From Oceanispirochaeta sp. (lineage in GTDB: Bacteria; Spirochaetota; Spirochaetia; DSM-2461), in NCBI GenBank assembly GCA_963666275.2, contig CAXXOA010000001.1:192001-256000 (forward strand): a stretch of DNA of 64,000 nucleotides. The letters are read 5' to 3'. Within the stretch, counting starts at the first letter, position 1, and each line of letters begins with the position of its first letter. Position numbers and translations under genes: made by a program. The notes under the pieces were generated by a model that did not search any database, had not been told where the DNA came from, and saw only the letters and a list, made by a program, of their open reading frames with translations. This document shows, one piece after another, positions 10,498 to 19,263 of this stretch.

Positions 10498-11823
10498 ATG
10501 TATATTCTCGGTATAGATATAGGTACGACAAAAATTGCCGGAGTCTTGCTTGAGGTTCCAGAAAGCAGAATTGTAAAAGTAATCTCAATGAATACTGATG
10601 CGAATCTTTCTTCACAGTTTGAATGGGAGAAAACTCAGGATCCATCTCTGATTATTAAACATGCTCACTCGATAATTTCTGAACTCAAAGAATCTGTTAA
10701 TGAGAAAGTGGCCTGTATTGGAATTAGCAGCCAGATGCATGGTTTCCTTTATGTCAGTAATGAAGGCGGGTCTTTGAGTCCGCTTTATACCTGGCAGGAT
10801 AACAGAGCTGCAATTCCAACTGGTGATTCGGGAGAATCTGTTCAGAGAATTATAAAGAGTAAAACTGGAAAGGAAATCTATTCCGGTTATGCCCTGGCAA
10901 CTCACTATTATAATACTATTAACGGGAAAGACCCGGATCAGCCCTATCAGATTGTATCCATAGGGGGATTTCTGGGTATGCAGCTCTGTGGGTTGAAGAC
11001 TGCTTTCATTGATCCGAGTGAAGCAGCCAGTTTCGGGTTGTATGATCTGGAGAAGAAAGATTTTTTTCTTGATGATCTGAAGGCTCTTTGGGGGAATGTT
11101 GATTTTCTTCCCCAGAGAGTTCCTTTTTTTGCTCGGATCGGATTTGATGGGGACGGCATCCCTGTATTTCAGTCAATGGGAGATAATCAGGCCAGTTTTT
11201 ACGGGGCCATGCAGGGTAGGGATGAAAAGCTATTATTAAACCTGGGGACAGGAGGGCAGGTTTCTCTATTATCAGATCAGATCCCTTCCAGCTTAAAAGG
11301 ATTGGAAGTAAGGCCTTATCCTGAAAAAAATCTTATCGTAGGGTCTACTCTGGCAGGGGGGAAGTCTTTCGATCTTCTTGTAGATTTTTTCAGTGAAGTG
11401 CTGTCTTTTTTTGGAAAACCCATGGCTAAAAGCGATATGTTCCGTATTATCGACTCACTGGAATCTACTGATCCGGTTAATCCTTTAATTGTTAACCCCT
11501 ATTTTAACGGAACGAGACTGGATCCTGCAATCAGAGGATCTATTACAAACATTGATCTTGATAATCTTACAACCAGTAATCTTCTTTCAGGTTTTGCTGT
11601 AGCTATGGTAAAAGAGCTTAAAGATCTTCTCCATGTGAACAATCTGGATCAGGCTGCTACGATATCCCGTATTGTAGGTTCAGGGAATGGTATTAGAAGG
11701 AATCCTTTAGTTTGTCGGACAATTGAAGACTTTTTTCAATGCGAACTTTATAAATCCGATCTTAAAGAAGAAGCTGCCTGCGGTGCTGCATTCTATGCAT
11801 TCTATAGTTTGGAGAAACTTTGA
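10498..11823 (+). CDS. FGGY carbohydrate kinase, sedoheptulokinase-like
   Basis: LGIDIGTT, SSQMHG, LYTWQD, GDNQAS, LNLGTGGQVS, GSGNG. Confidence 0.82.
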   Translation: MYILGIDIGTTKIAGVLLEVPESRIVKVISMNTDANLSSQFEWEKTQDPSLIIKHAHSIISELKESVNEKVACIGISSQMHGFLYVSNEGGSLSPLYTWQDNRAAIPTGDSGESVQRIIKSKTGKEIYSGYALATHYYNTINGKDPDQPYQIVSIGGFLGMQLCGLKTAFIDPSEAASFGLYDLEKKDFFLDDLKALWGNVDFLPQRVPFFARIGFDGDGIPVFQSMGDNQASFYGAMQGRDEKLLLNLGTGGQVSLLSDQIPSSLKGLEVRPYPEKNLIVGSTLAGGKSFDLLVDFFSEVLSFFGKPMAKSDMFRIIDSLESTDPVNPLIVNPYFNGTRLDPAIRGSITNIDLDNLTTSNLLSGFAVAMVKELKDLLHVNNLDQAATISRIVGSGNGIRRNPLVCRTIEDFFQCELYKSDLKEEAACGAAFYAFYSLEKL

Positions 11824-11860
11824 TGCTTTCCGGATGTGACCTTTAGTCCATAGTATTCAT

Positions 11861-11995
11861 TCCAAATTCGGTAAGACCGCCGTGAAAACAGTGTGCCCCC
11901 CCGACGGTATGGATTATCTGATCACCGACAGGGATCTGGCTGTGGATTATCGGGAGTATTTCAGGGGGGCAGGGACTGAGCTGGTGTGTACGTGA
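11861..11995 (+). pseudogene. Stranded deoR 3'-end copy (right repeat of the island)
   Basis: Translates SKFGKTAVKTVCPPDGMDYLITDRDLAVDYREYFRGAGTELVCT*, against the intact ...CPPEGMDYLITDRDLAVDYREYFRSGNVELLCL*. Confidence 0.93.
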
Positions 11996-11999
11996 TTAC

Positions 12000-14408
12000 C
12001 TATCTTTCATTCTTCTCCTTTTCATTTTGAGGAAAATTATCGGTTTTTACCTCTCTGAAAACCTGCAGGGCCTTATCAATTTCTTGCCGGGTGTGAGTCG
12101 CCATAAGCGTTATGCGCAGAAGTTCGCTTCCTTTGGGGACAGCCGGGGATACCACAGGATTCACAAAGACACCCCGGTCGAAAAGTTTCCTGTACAGAGC
12201 GAAGGTGAGTAGTTCATCCCTACAGTAAAGAGGTATGATCGCTCCTTCGCTGCGGGTCACTTCATAGCCCAGGGATGCCAGCGAGTCCGCCATATAGGCT
12301 GTGTTCTGGATCAGTATTAGTCTCTGTTCTTCCTCTCTGCCTATAATTTCAAGAGCTTTGGATACAGCTCCGATAAGGGGAGGTGCCAGACTGGCTGAAA
12401 AGATATGGCCCCGGGACTCATGTTTCAGAGTGGCAATGAGGCTGTTGTCAGAGGCTATAAATCCCCCCTGGGCAGCCAGTGATTTACTGAAGGTTCCCAT
12501 AAGAACATCAATCCTTTCAGAAAGCCCTTCCCTGGCAGCCAGACCTGCTCCCCGCGGGCCTATGACTCCGATTGCATGGGATTCATCAATCATCAACCGG
12601 GCATGGTACTCTTCTTTCAGTGATACAAGTTTTTTCAGGGGCACAGTTGTTCCTTCCATGCTGAAAAGACTGTCTGTGACAATTAAGAGAGAGCTTCCCC
12701 GGTGCTCCCTGAGTTTTTTCTCCAGAGAGGCCATGTCTGTATGTTTATAGCGTATCAGCCTTGCACGGGACAGCAGAACCCCATCGATCAGGCTGGCATG
12801 GCATCTTTCGTCCATCAGAACAACAACCCCCGGCTTCGCCAGGGTAGACAGGGCTCCCAGATTGGCCTGGTAGCCCGTACTGTATAGAAGAGCATCTTCC
12901 TTGCCTGTATACTCTGCCAGAGCTCCCGCCAGTTTCTGATGAATATCCAATGTTCCGTTCAGAAGGGGAGAGCCTGAACATCCCGTACCGTATCTGCTTA
13001 TGGCTTCCCGGGCAGCATCCCGGACTTCTTTTCTTGCGGCCAGACCTCTGTAGGAGTTTGATCCCATCATGAGGATCCTTCTGCCCTTATAGAAAACCTC
13101 TGGAGTCTGGGCACTTTCAAATTCAGGGAAAAAGGTATAGAGATTCAGAAATTTCAGAATATGGGAGCGGCTGAAACTGTAGAGTCTCTCAAAAGGATCA
13201 GGTCGGGAGGGCTCGGGGCTTGGAGAGGAGGCTTCCTTTTCCAGGTCAGTTCCCGGGTATGCCACTTCTTTGAAGCTGCTGTGACTAGTGATGGTCCGGG
13301 GAATAGAATCTTCCAGATATTTCTGAATCCCCCGGGTTGTTTCCGGATCTCTCCAGCTTTTGACATAGTAGGTCTGAGGAATCAGACGGCATCCCATGAG
13401 CTGTTTGAAATCGTAGGAGGTAATTCCCAGGTTTATCCTCTCCTTTCCCCGTCTGAATCCCTCCTCCAGTATTTTCAGATTCAGGATAAAATAGCTGTTT
13501 CTGCTCTGAGAGTACTCATAGTCCAGACCGACATAGGAACAGAAAAGTTCTTCCGGTGTTTCGTGGATCAGTGAGAAGCCGAGCAGCTTTTCTTTTTCAA
13601 ACAGACCCAGAATGAAAGAATCGGTGCCGGGGGTGTCCTGGAGCCGGGCAAAATAGGGAGCTGTCAGTTTTTCATGGTGATAGTCGCTGCGCGATTCCAC
13701 TTCATTCCATTGCTCCAGGAGCTGGGGAATATAGTGGTCCCACCGGGTAAGGAGACGAACCTCCATACCGTAGGTATCCAGTTTCCTGAGTTTTTTCCGG
13801 AATTCCTTCCGCCGCCCGGGTTTCAGTGTGTCATAGTATTCTTCAAAACTCCCCCAATGGAGATCGAGTACCGCCAGGGGATAACCCCGGAGGGGCAGGA
13901 AGCCCCTCTTTTTCATCTCCCTCATCTGCTCTGCTGCTGATTCGGGTACGTCCCTCACAAGAATAATGTCTGCTCCATTGTCCAGGGCAAGCTCTTCCAG
14001 CGCCCGGGTGAGATTCGTCATGAATGTGTGAGGTTCTCCTCCGGATCTATGGAACCCTTTACCCAGAGCGGTTAGAAAACCGCATTCCAGTACTTTGATC
14101 TGCATGATTCCGGGATACCACTGGTTCAGAACTTTATAGACCGATTCCGGATGGTCCCGGTCAAAATGGGAAAAATCCATGGTCAGAGTGTAGGCCACGG
14201 CCAGCCCTGCCAGGTCTTTCCCGTTGGTATGGAATATCAGGTAATAGGGATCCTCTTCATAGAGGGATGAGTCTTCCAATGCCTGTAGAAAGGACCGGTT
14301 GAATCCGAAGATTGCGGGATCTGAAAGTTTGTTCCATACTTCCGGAGGGATTTGGGATATCTTCCTGCAAATACTGAATGTGAGTTTTTTCTGTTCTAAG
14401 GTTTTCAT
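12000..14408 (-). CDS. Fusion of an N-terminal GNAT/FemAB-like domain with a C-terminal alpha-oxoamine synthase (serine palmitoyltransferase-like)
   Basis: C-terminal GSNSY, GTGCSGSPLLNGT, STGYQANLG, HASLIDG, FSMEG, DESH, GTFSKS (PLP Lys). N-terminal FEEYYDTLKPGRRKEFRKKLRK and INLGITSYDFKQLMG are GNAT-like. Confidence 0.85.
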   Translation of the reverse strand: MKTLEQKKLTFSICRKISQIPPEVWNKLSDPAIFGFNRSFLQALEDSSLYEEDPYYLIFHTNGKDLAGLAVAYTLTMDFSHFDRDHPESVYKVLNQWYPGIMQIKVLECGFLTALGKGFHRSGGEPHTFMTNLTRALEELALDNGADIILVRDVPESAAEQMREMKKRGFLPLRGYPLAVLDLHWGSFEEYYDTLKPGRRKEFRKKLRKLDTYGMEVRLLTRWDHYIPQLLEQWNEVESRSDYHHEKLTAPYFARLQDTPGTDSFILGLFEKEKLLGFSLIHETPEELFCSYVGLDYEYSQSRNSYFILNLKILEEGFRRGKERINLGITSYDFKQLMGCRLIPQTYYVKSWRDPETTRGIQKYLEDSIPRTITSHSSFKEVAYPGTDLEKEASSPSPEPSRPDPFERLYSFSRSHILKFLNLYTFFPEFESAQTPEVFYKGRRILMMGSNSYRGLAARKEVRDAAREAISRYGTGCSGSPLLNGTLDIHQKLAGALAEYTGKEDALLYSTGYQANLGALSTLAKPGVVVLMDERCHASLIDGVLLSRARLIRYKHTDMASLEKKLREHRGSSLLIVTDSLFSMEGTTVPLKKLVSLKEEYHARLMIDESHAIGVIGPRGAGLAAREGLSERIDVLMGTFSKSLAAQGGFIASDNSLIATLKHESRGHIFSASLAPPLIGAVSKALEIIGREEEQRLILIQNTAYMADSLASLGYEVTRSEGAIIPLYCRDELLTFALYRKLFDRGVFVNPVVSPAVPKGSELLRITLMATHTRQEIDKALQVFREVKTDNFPQNEKEKNER

Positions 14409-14756
14409 TCTATACTCTCCTTATAGTAAATGAAAGTATATCATTAAGATGCGTCAGGGCTGTTCTGTCCGATAAGCTGGAACCGTATATCATGTTCCCA
14501 TCCTGTCCCCGTAGAGTCAGACTGCCCCAGCAGGTCATTTTCTTGAAGACTGTCAAAAAAGAGATTCTGCCGGAAATTCTGATCTTGAAGTTCCCGGGAC
14601 AGTACGCAGAAGACCAGATTGCATGCTTTTACCAGACATCTTTTTGTTCATTTAAAAAAACCATACAACTTAGTTGCAAGATTGGGTAAATATGTATTGA
14701 TTTCTCCTTTATGAATGCTAAAGTAGATTAACTTTCAAACCTATTAGGAGGGATCT

Positions 14757-15722
14757 ATGAAGAAAGTAATCTGGTATCTGCTGATTTTAGTTTTTGTTAT
14801 TGAAGGAGTTTCTGCCAACGGGCAGTCGGATAGCGTCAATGTAGAGGACTGGCCGGAAAATCCAGTAACCGTCATCTGCCCCTGGGCTGTAGGAGGGGTT
14901 GCGGACATGGTTAACAGAAAAGCGGCCACTTTTGGCGAAGAGTATCTGGGAGTTCCGATTCTGGCTACCAATGAGTTAGGGGCCGGAGGAAATGTGGCCT
15001 TAACAAATTACCTGAAAAACGGGCCGAATTCTGAAAATCTGATTTTCGGAGGGGAAGGAGCCTTCTCTATTGCCCCCAATCTTGATGGATCCGATGCCAT
15101 CCGTTTCACCTATGATGATTACGAACCTGTGATCAATCTCTACTCTTCCATATTTGTTCTGACAGCGGATGTTTCCTTAGGCATTCAGGATCTGGATTCT
15201 CTCAAAGAATACGGCAAAGGGAAAAAAGTGAAAGTGGCTGTTAACGGGATTGCCGGCTCCGAAGCGTTCCTGGCAAAGGCTCTGTTCAAAGAACTGGGTG
15301 TAGAACTGGAACTTGTAAGTTACAACGGGGCGAACCTGGCTCTGGATGCGGCTGCCAAAGGGGAAACCAGTTTTGCCATTTCCCATCAGTCTCAGGCAAA
15401 GGGGAGTGTTGAGGGAGGAATCCTGACTCCTGTGGTTATGTTCGACCAGGAAGGGGTGAACAATGCCATTTTCAAAAATGTAAAAGGCGTTGGTGAATAC
15501 GGCTATAATACCTATTTCAGAAACAGGTGCTTTATCATGGCCAGGAAAGGAACGGATCCCCAGGTGATCTCAAAAGTCAAAAATGCCTATCTGACCATTC
15601 TCAATGAACCGGAGATTATCGATTTCTATAAATCGCTCATGATTGAAATTGATCCTCTGGATCAGACTGCCATGGACAAGCATGTCTCTGATGTAGCTGA
15701 TATCGTAAAAAATAATCTTTAA
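14757..15722 (+). CDS. tctC: Tripartite tricarboxylate transporter substrate-binding protein (TctC/Bug)
   Basis: WPENPVTVICPWAVGGVAD, N..GAGG; signal peptide. Confidence 0.88.
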   Translation: MKKVIWYLLILVFVIEGVSANGQSDSVNVEDWPENPVTVICPWAVGGVADMVNRKAATFGEEYLGVPILATNELGAGGNVALTNYLKNGPNSENLIFGGEGAFSIAPNLDGSDAIRFTYDDYEPVINLYSSIFVLTADVSLGIQDLDSLKEYGKGKKVKVAVNGIAGSEAFLAKALFKELGVELELVSYNGANLALDAAAKGETSFAISHQSQAKGSVEGGILTPVVMFDQEGVNNAIFKNVKGVGEYGYNTYFRNRCFIMARKGTDPQVISKVKNAYLTILNEPEIIDFYKSLMIEIDPLDQTAMDKHVSDVADIVKNNL

Positions 15723-15785
15723 ATATGTTCATCCGATGCAGCCTGGATTTTATTCCGGGCTGTATCCGGAAAAAGAGGTAATTGC

Positions 15786-16328
15786 ATGAACCTGAAAAGC
15801 TCCGGAAAGAGAGAGTTGGGGCTCTTTGTCAAACTGGACCGGATTTATGAAAGGATTGAATACAAACTGCAGAAAAGGATATTGCGGATCTATCCATCCA
15901 TTGCGGGCCCGCTTTTATTTGTGATCCTTTCTCTGCTTATCATTTTTCTGATGCCCTCCCAGATCAGGATTGTGGATGGACAGATGATTACCGCCAGAAC
16001 TTTTCCGTTCTCTCTGGCTGTGGTGATGCTGGGAGGATCGGTTCTCATCCTTTTGAGGGAACTTGTCAAAGTGTTCAGAAAGGTTCCCCTCGAAACAGTT
16101 GAGTTCCATCTTCTGACAGAGCTTCGCGCTTTCATACTGCTTCTGGATCTGATTGTCTATGCCCTTTTAATGCCCCTCATCGGATTTATTGCCAGTTCTG
16201 TGGTTTTCGGGGTTCTGATGCTTCTCTATTTCAGGATTAAAAACTGGAAATATTATGCCCTGGTATCAGGTTCCGCCATTTTGATAGGAGCTCTTTTTAA
16301 ATACCTCCTGCATGTCAGATTACCCTAA
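15786..16328 (+). CDS. tctB: Tripartite tricarboxylate transporter small subunit
   Basis: About 4-5 TM segments, ARTFP, C-terminal VRLP; sits between tctC and tctA. Confidence 0.85.
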   Translation: MNLKSSGKRELGLFVKLDRIYERIEYKLQKRILRIYPSIAGPLLFVILSLLIIFLMPSQIRIVDGQMITARTFPFSLAVVMLGGSVLILLRELVKVFRKVPLETVEFHLLTELRAFILLLDLIVYALLMPLIGFIASSVVFGVLMLLYFRIKNWKYYALVSGSAILIGALFKYLLHVRLP

Positions 16329-16341
16329 TGAAGGAATGTTT

Positions 16342-17847
16342 ATGAATCTTTTTCTGGAAGGCTTTTCCCAGCTGTTTCATCTTTCAAATTTTATAGCCAT
16401 GAATATCGGACTTCTTCTGGGGATGATATTCGGTGCCGTGCCCGGGCTGACGGTCATACTCTGTATTGTGCTGTTTCTGCCTTTTACCTATTCCATGGGA
16501 GCCATACAGTCTTTTATGTTCCTTCTGGGAATGTACTGTGCGGGCAGTTACGGAGGATCGATTTCCGCGATCCTCATTAAAACCCCCGGAACGCCCCATG
16601 CCACAGCCACCATGCTGGACGGCTATCCCCTCTCCCGGAAAGGACAGGCTCACAAGGCTTTGAAACTGGCCCTGCAGGCTTCAACTTTCGGCGGCATCGT
16701 CAGTGCTCTCATTCTTCTTTTTCTGGCGCCTCAGGTCAGCTCTTTTGCCCAGAAGATGGGAACACCTGAATATTTTCTGGTTTGTCTTTTCGGGCTGACC
16801 ATCATTGCGGGTGTATCGGGAAAAACACTGGTCCACGGCCTTGTCTCGGGAGCTCTGGGTCTTTTCATAGCAACCATCGGGCTGGATCCCATGACAAGCA
16901 ATACACGATTTATTTTCAACAATATCAATCTGTATTCCGGTTTCGATCTGGTTATCTGTCTCATCGGTCTATTTGCTCTCAGCGAAATTCTGAATAAGAG
17001 CACTTATACGGGCAAAATCGGTGACTCCAGGCTGCATGAGGAGAGTAAAGAGAGCAATGCCATTACAAAAGCGGACTATAAACGGCTGATAAAGCCCGGG
17101 ATACTATCTTCTCTCATCGGTGTCATCATCGGCATTATCCCTGGAACAGGCGCGTCCATGGCATCCTTTGTCAGTTATGACCGGGCCAGAAAGATGAGCC
17201 GCTTTCCGGAGGAGTTCGGAAAAGGTTCCATAGAAGGCATCGTGGCGGCGGAGACTGCCAATAATGCTGTGACCGGAGCGACCCTCATTCCGCTTCTGAC
17301 TCTGGGGATTCCCGGTGACGGATCGGTTGCCATCATGCTGGGAGCCTTGATGATTAATGGGCTGACTCCCGGTCCGAAACTTTTTGTGGACCATGGAACG
17401 ACAATGTATGCCATCATGCTGGGACTGATTTTTGTGAATCTCTTTATGTTTCTCCAGGGAAAATATCTGACAAGGCTTTTTGCCAGAATTATTAAGATTC
17501 CCATTGCGATCCTGACGCCTTTGATTGTCATGTTCTGTTTTGCAGGAGCCTTTTCTGTTAAAAGCTCCATGTTCGATATCTCTGTCGCTATTGTGTTCGC
17601 CGTCTTTGCCTATGTACTGAACAAGCTGAATTTTCCCACGATTCCTGTTCTGCTGGGACTGGTTTTAGGTCCGATCACAGAAGAGAATTTCCGCAGATCC
17701 CTCATCCTTTCCGACGGCAGCTGGAGCATCTTTTTCGGCTCTCCTATTGCCATCGTCTTATGGATCCTTGTGGCTGCATCCGTCTTTGTCATCGTCAAAG
17801 GAAGAACCGGAGAAAAAGAATTGGGAGAGATCAATGAGCAGGCCTAA
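16342..17847 (+). CDS. tctA: Tripartite tricarboxylate transporter large subunit
   Basis: GAVPGLT, YGGSISAILIKTPGTP, AETANNA, LTLGIPG. Start moved to the ATG after the AAGGA RBS. Confidence 0.93.
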   Translation: MNLFLEGFSQLFHLSNFIAMNIGLLLGMIFGAVPGLTVILCIVLFLPFTYSMGAIQSFMFLLGMYCAGSYGGSISAILIKTPGTPHATATMLDGYPLSRKGQAHKALKLALQASTFGGIVSALILLFLAPQVSSFAQKMGTPEYFLVCLFGLTIIAGVSGKTLVHGLVSGALGLFIATIGLDPMTSNTRFIFNNINLYSGFDLVICLIGLFALSEILNKSTYTGKIGDSRLHEESKESNAITKADYKRLIKPGILSSLIGVIIGIIPGTGASMASFVSYDRARKMSRFPEEFGKGSIEGIVAAETANNAVTGATLIPLLTLGIPGDGSVAIMLGALMINGLTPGPKLFVDHGTTMYAIMLGLIFVNLFMFLQGKYLTRLFARIIKIPIAILTPLIVMFCFAGAFSVKSSMFDISVAIVFAVFAYVLNKLNFPTIPVLLGLVLGPITEENFRRSLILSDGSWSIFFGSPIAIVLWILVAASVFVIVKGRTGEKELGEINEQA

Positions 17848-19195
17848 TATTGTTTTCTACTTTTCCGACCAGCAGAGGGCGGATACATGCGGATGCTATG
17901 GCCAGGAACTGGATATCACACCCGCACTGGATGCCCTGGCCGACCAAGGGATCCGGTTTGAGAATGCTTTCACGCCCCAGCCTGTCTGCGGACCCTGCCG
18001 GGCGATATTCCAGACTGGTTTATACGCCACCACTTCCGGGTGTTTCAGAAACAACATAGCCCTACCGGCGGACGTGCCCACCCTGGGGGAATACTTTACG
18101 GAAAAGGGCTATGAAACCGCCTATGTCGGGAAATGGCATCTTGCTTCAGAGGGCGATCTGGAGTCGAAGCCTACCGTGGATTATCACAGGAAGGCTGTAC
18201 CACTGGAAAGGAGGGGAGGATATCGGGGGTTCTGGAGAGCCGCTGATGTGCTGGAGTTCACTTCGGATGGATACGGAGGCTATGTTTTTGATGAAAACAT
18301 GGAAAAGAGATCTTTCCAAGGGTACCGAACCGACTGTATTACAGATTTTGCCCTGGAATTTCTGGATACCAGGAATCGGGAAAAGCCTTTTTTTCTGACA
18401 GTTTCCCATATAGAGCCCCATCATCAGAATGACGCCGGCCACTATCAGGGGCCTCCCGGTTCGAAAGAACGGTTCCGGGACTGTGCTCTGCCCGAGGATC
18501 TTCAGGCCCTTGCCGGGGACTCTCTGGAGGAGTATCCCGATTATCTGGGGGCCTGTGAAAAAATTGACTGGAACCTGGGGAGGCTGATTCAAAAGCTGAA
18601 GGATCAGGGCATCTATGAGGATACGGTGATCCTTTTCACATCCGATCATGGTTCCCATTTCAGAACAAGAAACAGGGACGGTCATTTACACGGCTATGAC
18701 GATTACAAAAGAACCGGTCATGATGCGGCCCTGCGGGTTCCCCTTGTGATCAGAGGAGGCCGATATCTGGGAGGGCAGGTCGTAGATGATCTTGTCAGTA
18801 CCGGGAGCATTCCCAGGACCCTGATGGCTGTTGCGGGCATAAAGGAAAAATCCCCTATGATCGGGGAGGATCTGATCGATGTGGTTCAGGGACAAGGGCA
18901 GAGGGATAATGCGGTTTTTGCCCAGATTTCTGAGAGCCGCGTCGGAAGAGTTGTACGGACAGCAGACTACACCTATGCGGTTTATGCTCCGGATAAACAG
19001 GGGGGGCTGCACAAAGACAGTGATGTCTATGCTGATGACTATATGTATGATCTGCGTAAGGATCCCGGTCAGCTGACAAATATTGTCGATCATCCGGATT
19101 ATGCTGAAGCGAAAGAAGCACTCCGGGAGAAACTGCTGAACTGGATTCATGAGGCGGAATACCAGGGCCGGCACAATATTGTCCGCATTGTCTGA
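17834..19195 (+). CDS. Cys-type sulfatase
   Basis: RPNIVFYFSDQQRAD, CGPCR (CxPxR), GKWHL, SDHG. Start at ATG 17834, overlapping the tctA end. Confidence 0.93.
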   Translation: MSRPNIVFYFSDQQRADTCGCYGQELDITPALDALADQGIRFENAFTPQPVCGPCRAIFQTGLYATTSGCFRNNIALPADVPTLGEYFTEKGYETAYVGKWHLASEGDLESKPTVDYHRKAVPLERRGGYRGFWRAADVLEFTSDGYGGYVFDENMEKRSFQGYRTDCITDFALEFLDTRNREKPFFLTVSHIEPHHQNDAGHYQGPPGSKERFRDCALPEDLQALAGDSLEEYPDYLGACEKIDWNLGRLIQKLKDQGIYEDTVILFTSDHGSHFRTRNRDGHLHGYDDYKRTGHDAALRVPLVIRGGRYLGGQVVDDLVSTGSIPRTLMAVAGIKEKSPMIGEDLIDVVQGQGQRDNAVFAQISESRVGRVVRTADYTYAVYAPDKQGGLHKDSDVYADDYMYDLRKDPGQLTNIVDHPDYAEAKEALREKLLNWIHEAEYQGRHNIVRIV

Positions 19196-19263
19196 AAGAA
19201 GCTTTGATTTGCCGTGTCAGTTTTGTTTGACCGGCAAATATGACTCTGTTATTCTGAATCATC

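Larger units (their letters stand above)
2673..11860 (+). mobile_element. Catabolic genomic island without integrase, inserted at the deoR 3' end
   Basis: Flanked by direct repeats of the deoR 3' end, visibly more AT-rich than the flanks, and carries a self-contained regulator, transporter and enzymes. Confidence 0.75.

Noticed and set aside
11996..12020. AAGGAG...ATG overlapping the GNAT-SPT stop, hinting at a lost downstream gene
   Set aside because: It encodes only MKDR* with short RBS spacing and could be chance.
14440..14640. Coding-like stretch upstream of the GNAT-SPT gene (a similar one lies at 24040-24180)
   Set aside because: Possibly gene remnants, but there is no start signal and I could not match them to anything in the window.
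17747..17833. Extended sulfatase N-terminus in the ORF track
   Set aside because: It overlaps tctA. Family homology begins at MSRPNIV (17834), which has its own RBS.
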